In this document: positions 25,448 through 35,598 of the stretch, one piece after another
How the letters are laid out: the number at the start of each line of letters is the position of its first letter
How positions within the stretch are numbered: the first letter of the stretch is position 1
Assembly: GCA_030390025.1 (NCBI GenBank)
Contig: CM059432.1
Location: forward strand, 124,064,001 to 124,128,000
Length of the DNA: 64,000 bases
Source of the DNA: Squalus acanthias
Taxonomy: Eukaryota
Direction: 5' to 3'
Position numbers and translations under genes: made by a program
The notes under the pieces: model-generated
Told to the model about the DNA's origin: nothing
Database searches by the model: none
What the model saw: the letters and a program-made list of their open reading frames with translations, nothing else

Positions 25448-25825
25448 GTCCCACTCCAGAAACTAGAGCACAAAAATCTAAGCTGACACTCTAGTGCAGT
25501 ACTGAGGGAGTGCGGTACTGTCGGAGGTGCCGCCTTTTGGATGAGACGTTAAACCGAGGCCCCATCTGCTCTCTCAGGTGAACGTAAAAGATCGCATGGC
25601 AATATTTTGAAGAAGAGCAGGGGAGTTCTCCCCGGTGTCCTGGCCAATATTTATCCCTCAATCAACATCATTAAAACAGATTATCTGGTCATTATCACAT
25701 TGCTGTTTGTGGGAGCTTGCTGTGCGCCAAATTGGCTGCCACGTTTCCTACATACAACAGCGACTACACTTCAAAAAGTACTTCATTGGCTGTAAAGCAC
25801 TTTGGGACGTCCGGTGCAAGTCTTT
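25447..25825 (+). mobile_element. Deu-domain SINE (head truncated)
   Basis: Deu core as in the other copies. Confidence 0.85.
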
Positions 25826-26248
25826 CTTTCTTCCTTTCCTTACTTAATCCCTGGGAGAGTATATACAGAATATCCTGGTACCACAGAGATCTCAGAATTG
25901 AGTATATTATGTTTGAATATTCGCTTCATTCCATCACTGAAGGCTTGAATGCCACCAGTCAAAACTCCCACACTGGAGGTCATGACTTACCTCAGGCCTC
26001 TGATTTGTGGGACATAAGCAAAGATTCCTGCTCCAGGCTGTTTTACAAATGGAACCCCTCTCTGATGTTGCTGCAAAGCAGAGCATTGGACTCTACCACC
26101 AGCCCTGCCACCTACTGCGGATTTTTGGTGAGGCTTAGTAGCAACTTGATATTTTGATGCTCTGCTCGCATCCTTGATGTCATGGTACGATTAGTTAGAT
26201 TATTTTCTAAATGTTCTTCAGCCAGTGGCTCACGGTTCCTTTGGCTCT

Positions 26249-27497
26249 TGTAATTCCAAAATTTGCAGATCCCCAAAACCTAAGGAAAAAGGACTTTGGA
26301 ACTACCCCAGAGTGATAAAATGCATTTGGGCCTAACATAAGGAATTTAAGACCAAAAACCAAGTTTTGGCATTTTAAAAGACATGTCTGGACCTGTAAGG
26401 GAGAAAAGGCTGCACAGGAGGTGGGTTCGACCTCTGTAAAAGCAGTTTTGGGTATTGCAGTTAAATTGCATTGTCTGGGGGAATCGGGATGACCTCATTC
26501 AAGCCCCAGCAAGCATTAACATTTGGACAATAGACCCTGGGAGAAGGCAGCCCCACCCAAAACACAGGCCCCATTAAAACCTATCACAGACCCATCAAAA
26601 TCATGCATAATTCAAATCGCTCAGGACCATTCTATAGAAAAACCCGAGTCCAGCCTAGAAACCCAAAACACGAAACCAATCACCTGTAATCAACCGAAGA
26701 GATCGACAGGACGCAAGCCATTTGACACTTAGTAAAGTTGTTACTGTTAACGAGGTCTTACAATGACCGGGATTTGATTTGGTTTTGATAAGGCCACTTC
26801 AATTTAGTATAATTGAAGGCCCATCAAGCAGTTACAACAGTTCAAGTTCTCCAGTAAAACAGTTAAAGATCAACAGAATTGAAAGCCTGCATTGAACAGA
26901 AGTCAGGGCTGCAGTTACAGAAGCAGGCAGAAGGCAGTTTCCACAGTTCTGCAAGAAGGCAGTTCCACAGCTCGGAAGAAGACAGTTTAAACAGAGGCAG
27001 AGTTACAGCAAGAAGTTAAACAAAGAAGGCCAACAGCTTCACAAGCAGACCGACATGCAAGAAGAAACCAGAGCGACTGCCTCAGTGACCATCGGACACC
27101 TCGCGGCAACAAGGGCCTTATGAAACCTTTTACTCAAAAGACTCTAAACCCTAACTCTAAACTGTCAAGGATTCGTTTGGTGAGCATTATCCCTGATCCT
27201 CCACAGCCCAACCTAGCTAGTGAAGTGGGATTGGGAGGGGCGAAGTATTCTTCTAATGTTATTTCCCTCGCCTGTACCGCGTGTTCCCCAACCTGTGTTT
27301 AAGTGTTAAGTGTGTTTTAAGTTTGTTACCTTTTTCTTTTTAATAAAGTCAAAATTCTTTCATCAAAACCTGTTATCTACTGCATCTGTGTTCACAACCC
27401 CTAAATAAATCCAAGGTCTAGAACCAGGGGCGTGGGAGCGATTCGAACCGCTCACTGAGTCAGAGGTGAAGCTGACCCTACCACACCACCCCCTACA
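26249..27497 (+). mobile_element. Solo LTR (Gypsy or class I ERV type)
   Basis: TGTA...TACA termini; 4-bp TSD CTCT (26245-26248 / 27498-27501); AATAAA at 27342-27347. Confidence 0.75.
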
Positions 27498-28299
27498 CTC
27501 TGCTCAGGAACATTTTTCTTCACTTTCACTACCCCTTCCTCTGGTTTCCTTGAGTGTTGTGTATCACCTTGTGTTCATTTCTCATATAAACTTTCTATCT
27601 ATCCCCGAGTGACTCTCTCTGGGCAGGTGAGTGGGAAAGGATGAATGATGGTGTGGGTGAATTTCTGATGGGAATCCCTGCTGCGGCAGGTCCTGCCTTT
27701 AAGGTCACTTTCTCTCTCTCTGCTTTTTCTTTCTTGCTTTAGCGCTCATGGAGAGAAGAACACAGAGAAGTGCAATGAGTTTCCTGCTGTTTAATTTTCC
27801 TCAGTGTTTTGCTCATATAAGGAGCTCCTCGGCATATTACATAGGATTACATAGGATATACGGCACAGAAACAGGCCATTCGGCCCAACCAGTCCATGCC
27901 GGTGTTTATGCTCCACTCGAGCCTCCTCCCATCTTTCCTCATCTAAATCTATCAGCATAACCCTCTATTCCCTTCTCCCTCATATGCTTGTCCAGCCTCC
28001 CCTTAAATGCATTGATACTATTCACTTCAACCACTCCCTGTGGTAGCGAGTTCCACATTCTCACCACTCTTTGGGTAAAGAAGTTTCTTCTGAATTCCCT
28101 TTTGGATTTCTTGGTGACGATCTTATATTAATGGCCTCTAGTTATGACCTTCCCACAAGTGGAAACATTGGGCCGGATATTCCGATCCCTACGGGTGGGT
28201 ATGCGCTGTGTACGCACCCGTAGGGACAGCGGAAATGCCGGTTTCAGGCATGCACAGCGCATGGGCTGAAAACCGGCATTTCCGATCTGTCAAGAAAGA

Positions 28300-29628
28300 G
28301 GCATCGCTGCGACAGCCTCAGTACTCAACACCAACAACAGCCAATCTCCAGACGCCATCCTACAACTCATCCGCTTCATCCTTGACCACAATGTCTTCAC
28401 CTTCGACAACCAGTTTTTTACCCAAACACACGGAACAGCCATGGGGACCAAATTCGCACCCCAATACGCCAACATCTTCATGCACAAGTTCGAGCAAGAC
28501 TTCTTCGCTGCACAGGACCTCCAGCCAACGCTGTACACCAGATACATCGACGACATTTTCTTCCTTTGGACCCACGGCGAAGGATCACTGAAAAGACTAT
28601 ACGATAACATCAACAAGTTCCATCCCACCATCAAACTCACCATGGACTATTCCTCAGAATCAGTTTCATTCCTGGACACACGAATCTCCATCAAAGATGG
28701 ACACCTCAGCACTTCACTCTACCGCAAGCCCACGGACAACCTCACGATGCTCCACTTCTCCAGCTTCCACCCTAACCATGTTAAAGAAGCCATCCCCTAT
28801 GGACAAGCCCTGCGAATACTCAGGATATGCTCAGATGAGGAGGAACGCGATGGACACCTACGGACGCTGAAAGACGCCCTCGTAAGAACGGGATATGATG
28901 CTCGACTCATCGATCGACAGTTCCGACGGACCACAGCAAAAAATCGCATAGACCTCCTCAGAAGGCGAACACGGGACACAACCAACAGGGTACCCTACAT
29001 CGTCCAATACTTCCCCGGAGCGGAGAAACTACGCCATGTTCTTCGCAGCCTTCAACATGTCATCGATGATGACGAACACCTCACTAAGGCCATCCCCACA
29101 CCTCCACTACTCGCCTTCAAACAGCCGCCTAACCTCAGAAGTACCATCGTTCACAGCAAATTACCCAGCTTTCAGGATAACAGCGACCACGACACCACAC
29201 AACCCTGCCACGGCAACCTCTGCAAGACATGCCAGATCATCAACACAGATACCATCATCACACGTGAGGACACTACCCACCAGGTACATGGTACATACTC
29301 ATGTGACTCGGCCAACGTTGTCTACCTCATACGTTGCAGGAAAGGATGCACCAGAGCATGGTACATCGGCGAGACCATGCAGACACTGAGACAACGTATG
29401 AACGGACACCGCGCAAAAATCGCCAGGCAGGATTGTTACCTCCCAATCGGGGAACACTTCAGCAGTCAAGGACATTCAGCCTCGGATCTGCGGGTAAGCG
29501 TTCTCCAAGGCGGCCTTCGAGACACACGACAACGCAAAATCATCGAGCAGAAACTGATAGCCAAGTTGCGCACCCATGAGGATGGCCTCAACCGGGATCT
29601 TGGGTTCATCTCACGCTACATGACGTAG
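28300..29628 (+). CDS. Penelope RT C-terminal half plus GIY-YIG endonuclease (partial, uninterrupted)
   Basis: QTHGTAMGTKFAPQYANIFM, RYIDDIF, SFLD, LYRKPT, CKTC, NVVYLIRC...WYIGET..LRQRMNGHR, GLN; frame open from 28300. Confidence 0.9.
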   Translation, partial: GIAATASVLNTNNSQSPDAILQLIRFILDHNVFTFDNQFFTQTHGTAMGTKFAPQYANIFMHKFEQDFFAAQDLQPTLYTRYIDDIFFLWTHGEGSLKRLYDNINKFHPTIKLTMDYSSESVSFLDTRISIKDGHLSTSLYRKPTDNLTMLHFSSFHPNHVKEAIPYGQALRILRICSDEEERDGHLRTLKDALVRTGYDARLIDRQFRRTTAKNRIDLLRRRTRDTTNRVPYIVQYFPGAEKLRHVLRSLQHVIDDDEHLTKAIPTPPLLAFKQPPNLRSTIVHSKLPSFQDNSDHDTTQPCHGNLCKTCQIINTDTIITREDTTHQVHGTYSCDSANVVYLIRCRKGCTRAWYIGETMQTLRQRMNGHRAKIARQDCYLPIGEHFSSQGHSASDLRVSVLQGGLRDTRQRKIIEQKLIAKLRTHEDGLNRDLGFISRYMT

Positions 29629-29942
29629 AGTCATCCAGACTCGAGTCGTCGTTGGCTTGTTCACAGATGTGATTTCCAGTAAAAAAAAGTAAAAATTTTA
29701 AAGTTTATGGTTTTCCATACAGACTGCATTTGACACATTAGACCCCCTGTGACCCCACCTCATTGTCTCAGTTGTATCTTGCTATGTCTTTGATGTGGTG
29801 CCTTCCTGGCTGACCTGATTGTTTGTCTGCCGAGGTGTGATGAAAGGCGGTCAGAAAGATAAAATGTAGTCGTCTGACATTGTACGCTACACAGGCATTG
29901 TTCTCTGACTATATATGCTTTGTCGATTCGTATTCCTTCACT

Positions 29943-29980
29943 TCACCTGACGAAGGGGCAGCAACTCCGAAAGCTTGTGA
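29943..29980 (+). ncRNA. Minimal type I hammerhead ribozyme
   Basis: UCAC-CUGACGA-A-GGGG(CAGCAA)CUCC-GAAA-GC-UU-GUGA: intact core, 4-bp stems I and II, palindromic AAGCUU stem III as in Penelope-associated hammerheads. Confidence 0.8.
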
Positions 29981-32466
29981 TTTCAAATAAAACTGTTGGA
30001 CTATAACCTGGTGTTGTGCGACTTCTCACTTTTGTCCACCCCAGTCCAACACCGGCATCTCCGCATCAAGAATGCTCTTGACAGATCCTCCGCCTGCCCT
30101 GGAGAAGGGCCTCTGCGGGCAGATAGTTCCGTTTTCTGGAGACCCTCCGCCCGCAGAAAACCCTTACAATTTTTACGCCTGGATAAGAGTTGAAAAAGTT
30201 TTTTTTCTTAATTTCACTCATTTATCATTTAAAATACTTTAAAAAAAGGTAAGTTTATTTTTAGCCCCATAAAAAACTTTAATTACTTTTCTCAAAAAGT
30301 TAAATTTTTGTTTAAAATACTTAATTTATTGTAATTTCAACTAATTTTAAAATGTGATGTTTTTAAAAAAATTTAATGTTTCACTTTGTTTTTGGGGTGA
30401 TCTCCATTCATATATTTGACAGGTCTATCTGTCAAGTGTATGAAAGGAGATTCCCTTCTTTGATTGGCTCCCCATGGCCCACGTGATCCCAGGGACGCTT
30501 GTGAACCGCATGCGCCTCTGGGATACGTAGGCCCTGCGCACTTGGAGTTGGAGAGGCCCAGGATCGGAACTATACGCAGCTCGGGAGCCCTCAGGTAAGT
30601 GCGTAGAATTTTTCCAGATCAGAGGCCTCCGCACGCGGGAAGCCTCCGATCGGAAAATGCGGCCCATTCTCTCTGTATCCACTCTATCAAAACCTCTCAA
30701 GTTTAAAGACCTTTATTAGGTCACCCCTCAGCCTTCTTTTTTCAAAAGAAAAGAGACCCAGCCTGTTCATCCTTTCCTGATATATATACCCTCGCATTTC
30801 TGATATCATCCTTGTAAATCTTCTCTGCACCCTCTCCAGTGCCTCTATATCCTTTTTATAATATGGCGACCAGAACTGCACGCAGTACTCTAAGTGTGGT
30901 CTAACCAAGGTTGGATACAGGTTTACCATAACTTCACTACTGTTCAATTCTATCCCTCTAGAAATAAACCCTAGTGCTTGGTTTGCTTTTTTTATGGCCT
31001 TGCTAACCTGTGGCGCAACTTTTAGTGATTTGTGTATTTGTACTCTGAGATCCCTTTGTTCCTCTACCCCACCTAGACTCGCACTCTCCAAGTGATAAGT
31101 GACATCCCTATTCTTCCTACCAAAATGTAATACCTCACATTTATCTGTGTTGAACTTAATTTGCCAATTATTTGCCCATTCTGCAAGTTTATTAATATCC
31201 TCCTGTAATTTGTTGCAGTCCTCCTCAGTATTGACTATCCCCCCCAATTTGGTATCATCCACAAATTTAGAAATTGTGTTTGATCCCAAAGTCTAAATCT
31301 TTAATGTAAATTGTGAACAGCAGTGGTCCCAACACTAATCCTTGTGGAACACCACTACCCACCTTCTGCCACTGTGAATAGCTACCCTTTACTCCCACTC
31401 TCTGCTTTTTGTCTTGAAGCCGGTTAGCAATCCATTCTGCTACTTGTCCCCTGACTCCGCATACTCTGACCTTATTCATTAGTCTATTATGGGGTACCTT
31501 ATTGAAGACCTTTTGAAAATCTAGATAAATTACATCTACTGCATTACCATTGTCTGCTCTCTCTGTTACCTCTTCAAAAAATTCAATAAGGTTGGTCAAG
31601 CAAGACTTTCTCTTTTGAAATCCATGCTGACTATTCATTATTATACTTTTCATTTCTAGATGTTCTTCTATTCTCTCCTTTAGTAGGGATTCCATTATTT
31701 TTCCTACCACCGATGTTAAGCTGACTGGTCTATAATTCCCTGGACATTTTCTATCCCCCTTCTTAAATATCGGTATTACATTAGCTATCCGCCAGTCCTC
31801 TGGCACTATACCTTTTTCTAACGAATTATTAACTATGTGTAGTAATGCCTCTGCTATCTCTTCCCTAGATTCTTTTAAAATGCATGGATGCAATCCATCT
31901 GGACCAGGGGTTTTATCCTCTTTGAGTTTGATTAGTTTATTTAATATATCCTCTTTTTTTATTTTAAATGCACTTATCTCATTACTCATCTCATCATCCA
32001 ATATCATGTCCACCTGTTCTATCTCCCTGGTAAATACTGAAGCAAAATAATGATTTAATATTTCTGCCATCTCCCTATCGTTACCTGTGGTATTGTCCTG
32101 TCAATCCCTTAATGGCCCTATTCCCATCCCAACCTTCCTTTTTTATTGATGGGCCTGTGAAATATTTTACTATTTTGTTTTATGTTCCTTGATAATTTAA
32201 TTTCATAGTTCCTCTTTGCCTTCCTAATTGTTTTTTGACTTCTCTCCTAATCCCATTGTATTCTCTCTTATCATGCACTCCTCTGCTGTCAATGTACTTA
32301 AAGTGTGCCTATTAGGGTCAGAATCCTGAAGTATATTATCTCTCAACATTCGCATTCTTCTGCACAAAGCAGCTATGGGTGCTGGACCTCCCATGTCTCC
32401 TTCCCCATCACCTCAGCTAAGTGGGATCCCAGTGCTGCACTTTAGGGTTAACTAGTCACCCTCCCA

Positions 32467-32508
32467 TTGTGGGTGCTAAGTGACCTGCCAACACAGCAGC
32501 CGGAACCA
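32467..32508 (+). repeat. Left arm of 42-bp inverted repeat (partner 35557-35598)
   Basis: TTGTGGGTGCTAAGTGACCTGCCAACACAGCAGCCGGAACCA, 41/42 complementary to the right arm. Confidence 0.95.
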
Positions 32509-32694
32509 AGGCCTTACCGGCCAAGGGCCTTCTTTCCTTCACAAACAGTAATCCTTGATCAATCCAAGCTCCAAAAACCTTCTTTTAATGCACATACCAC
32601 AAAGCAAGATAACACAAAACATCTTTTAGCTCTTCAACTCCCATTCTTTCTCTGGGGCCTCTCTCCTAGGCCCTTGGCTACAGGCCTCTCTATA

Positions 32695-34670
32695 ACTCAG
32701 TCTCCCCACATGCTGAGCTCAAGCTCCCCACACACTGAACTCAGTCTCCCCACACACTGACCCACACACTGAGCTCAGTCTCCCCACACACTGAGCTCAG
32801 TCTCCCCCCACACTGAACTCAGTCTCCCCACATGCTGTGCTCAGTCTCCCCACACACTGACCCACACACTGAGCTCAGTCTCCCCACACACTGTGCTCAG
32901 TCTCCCCACACACTGAGCTCAGTCTCCCCACACACTGACCCACACACTGAGCTCAGTCTCCCCACACACTGAGCTCAGTCTCCCCACACACTGCGCTCAG
33001 TCTCCCCACACACTTAGCTCAGTCTCCCCGCACACTGCGCTCAGTCTCCCCACACACTGACCCACACACTGAGCTCAGTCTCCCCACACACTGAGCTCAG
33101 TCTCCCGACACACTGCGCTCAGTCTCCCCACACACTGAGCTCAGTCTCCCCACACACTGAGCTCAGTCTCCCCACACACTGACCCACACACTGAGCTCAG
33201 TCTCCCCACACACTGCGCTCAGTCTCCCCACACACTTAGCTCAGTCTCCCCACACACTGAGCTCAGTCTCCCCACACACTGACCCACACACTGAGCTCAG
33301 TCTCCCCACACACTGAGCTCAGTCTCCCCACACACTGCGCTCAGTCTCCCCACACACTGAGCTCAGTCTCCCCACACACTGAGCTCAGTCTCCCCACACA
33401 CTGACCCACACACTGCGCTCAGTCTCCCCACACACTGAGCTCAGTCTCCCCACACACTGAGCTCAGTCTCCCCACACACTGACCCACACACTGAGCTCAG
33501 TCTCCCCACACACTGAGCTCAGTCTCCCCACACACTGCGCTCAGTCTCCCCACACACTGACCCACACACTGAGCTCAGTCTCCCCACACACTGAGCTCAG
33601 TCTCCCCACACACTGCGCTCAGTCTCCCCACACACTGAGCTCAGTCTCCCCACACACTGAGCTCAGTCTCCCGACACACTGAGCTCAGTCTCCCCACACA
33701 CTGAGCTCAGTCTCCCCACACACTGAGCTCAGTCTCCCCACACACTGAGCTCAGTCTCCCCACACACTGAGCTCAGTCTCCCCACATACTGACCCACACA
33801 CTGAGCTCAGTCTCCCCACACACTGAGCTCAGTCTCCCCACACACTGAGCTCAGTCTCCCCACACACTGAGCTCAGTCTCCCCACACACTGAGCTCAGTC
33901 TCCCCACACATTGAGCTCAGTCTCCCCACACACTGAGCTCAGTCTCCCCACACACTGAGCTCAGTCTCCCCACATACTGACCCACACACTGAGCTCAGTC
34001 TCCCCACACACTGAGCTCAGTCTCCCCACACACTGAGCTCAGTCTCCCCACACACTGACCCACACACTGAGCTCAGTCTCCCCACACACTGCGCTCAGTC
34101 TCCCCACACACTGAGCTCAGTCTCCCCACACACTGAGCTCAGTCTCCCCACACACTGAGCTCAGTCTCCCGACACACTGAGCTCAGTCTCCCCACACACT
34201 GCGCTCAGTCTCCCCACACACTGACCCACACACTGAGCTCAGTCTCCCCACACACTGCGCTCAGTCTCCCCACACACTGACCCACACACTGAGCTCAGTC
34301 TCCCCACACACTGCGCTCAGTCTCCCCACACACTGACCCACACACTGCGCTCAGTCTCCCCACACACTGCGCTCAGTCTCCCCACACACTGACCCACACA
34401 CTGCGCTCAGTCTCCCCACACACTGAGCTCAGTCTCCCCACACACTGCGCTCAGTCTCCCCACACACTGACCCACACACTGAGCTCAGTCTCCCCACACA
34501 CTGTGCTCAGTCTCCCCACACGCTGAGCTCAGTCTCCCCACACACTGAGCTCAGTCTCCCCACACACTGAGCTCAGTCTCCCCACACACTGACCCACACA
34601 CTGCGCTCAGTCTCCCCACACACTGACCCACACACTGACCTCAGTCTCTCCACACGCTGAGCTCAGTCTC
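32695..34670. repeat. Minisatellite: about 80 x 22-bp CTGAGCTCAGTCTCCCCACACA interspersed with about 19 x 12-bp CTGACCCACACA
   Basis: Directly visible; adjacent units form the palindrome ACTGAGCTCAGT; position-4 variants A/C/T. Confidence 0.98.
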
Positions 34671-34839
34671 TCTCTACTCTGACTGAACCCCCCCCCCATC
34701 CCTTACTCTCCCCTTTTATGTTCACCTGGCTGGGGAAAATTTCCCCCACTCCAGGTACAATTATCTTTAAAAGGTGGGGTTCTTAAAGGGGCCATACCCT
34801 TACTTTGGGATCAGAGTCCTCATTCACCCTGCTACAGTA

Positions 34840-35046
34840 GTCAAGACCAAATGTTGTCTTCAAGTCAAGCAAGGTTAGAGGATGGGGAGTAATTGGACCA
34901 AGGTAGATGAAGGGGGAGAAGGAAGGAAAAGGGGCCAGGAGGGAAGGGAAGACAGAGAATATGGTAGAGGAAAGGGGGCGGTGGGCAAGAGGAGAGGAAA
35001 GAAGGTGAAAGGGCAGAGTTAGGAAGTGGGGAAACAACTTCTAACA
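34840..35046 (+). repeat. Dispersed repeat: conserved ~40-bp head followed by purine-rich tract
   Basis: TCAAGCAAGGTTAGAGGATGGGGAGTAATTGGACCAAGGT matches TCAAGCAGAGTTACAGGCTGGGGAAATAACTGGACCAAGGT at 51492-51532. Confidence 0.65.
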
Positions 35047-35556
35047 TTAGAGTGGTTCTGATACTTTTAAAACTGCTCTGGTCCTAATTTTATTACTTTT
35101 CATAGACACTGATGTTTTTTTTAAATTAGGCCACAGTCTTTCAAACAGTGAAGATATTTCAAGTTTGAAAAGCCTTTTGTTTAAAGAATAAACAGAGATG
35201 CCTACCTGTACTGGTAAAATGTATTCATTTCTGAACAGACGGTGAGTTCTCCAGATTTGTTCCTGAGATAACGTGTATGGTGTCACTAATGTTAGCAAAA
35301 CATAACACTGGAAACCCCAACACAGCCCATAACAAGTATTACAGGTAATTGTGGGCACTTTTATAATGAGCTTTTCCATCGGACCAGGTTGATATAGGAG
35401 TTTTCAATGCATTTTGAAATTAAATGTTGTGACCCACCCATCATTTTTAATACATAATATATAATGGTTTGCAGTCTGTAAAGTTTAAAATATAGATGGA
35501 TGGCAGCTTTCTTCCTGCACTAGAGAGGGGTCCTGCCTATGCCACCTCCTTCCACG

Positions 35557-35598
35557 TGGTTCCGGCTGCTGTGTTGGCAGGTCACTTATCACCCACAA
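35557..35598 (-). repeat. Right arm of 42-bp inverted repeat
   Basis: TGGTTCCGGCTGCTGTGTTGGCAGGTCACTTATCACCCACAA. Confidence 0.95.

Larger units (their letters stand above)
28297..30065 (+). mobile_element. Penelope-like retroelement (endonuclease-positive), 5'-truncated
   Basis: RT + GIY-YIG ORF, hammerhead in 3' region, flanked by TCAAGAA duplication (28290-28296 / 30066-30072). Confidence 0.92.
28170..30665. mobile_element. Harbinger-type MITE hosting a Penelope insertion
   Basis: ATT|GGGCCGGATATTCCGATC ... GATCGGAAAATGCGGCCC|ATT (16/18 TIR). Confidence 0.85.
27836..32270 (-). mobile_element. CR1 LINE (RT region, frameshifted) split by the MITE+Penelope insertion at 28170-30665
   Basis: ORFs 31267-32070 and 30687-31289 (KTPGPDG, NYRPVSLTS, GVPQG, FVDD); 3' end at 27836-28169 is colinear across ATT TSD. 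Confidence 0.92.

Noticed and set aside
32695..34670. CRISPR array
   Set aside because: Head-to-tail repeats with no unique spacers, no cas genes, eukaryotic context.
32695..34670. CACACTG as V(D)J RSS heptamers
   Set aside because: 6/7 match only, with no nonamer at 12/23 spacing and no V/J segments.
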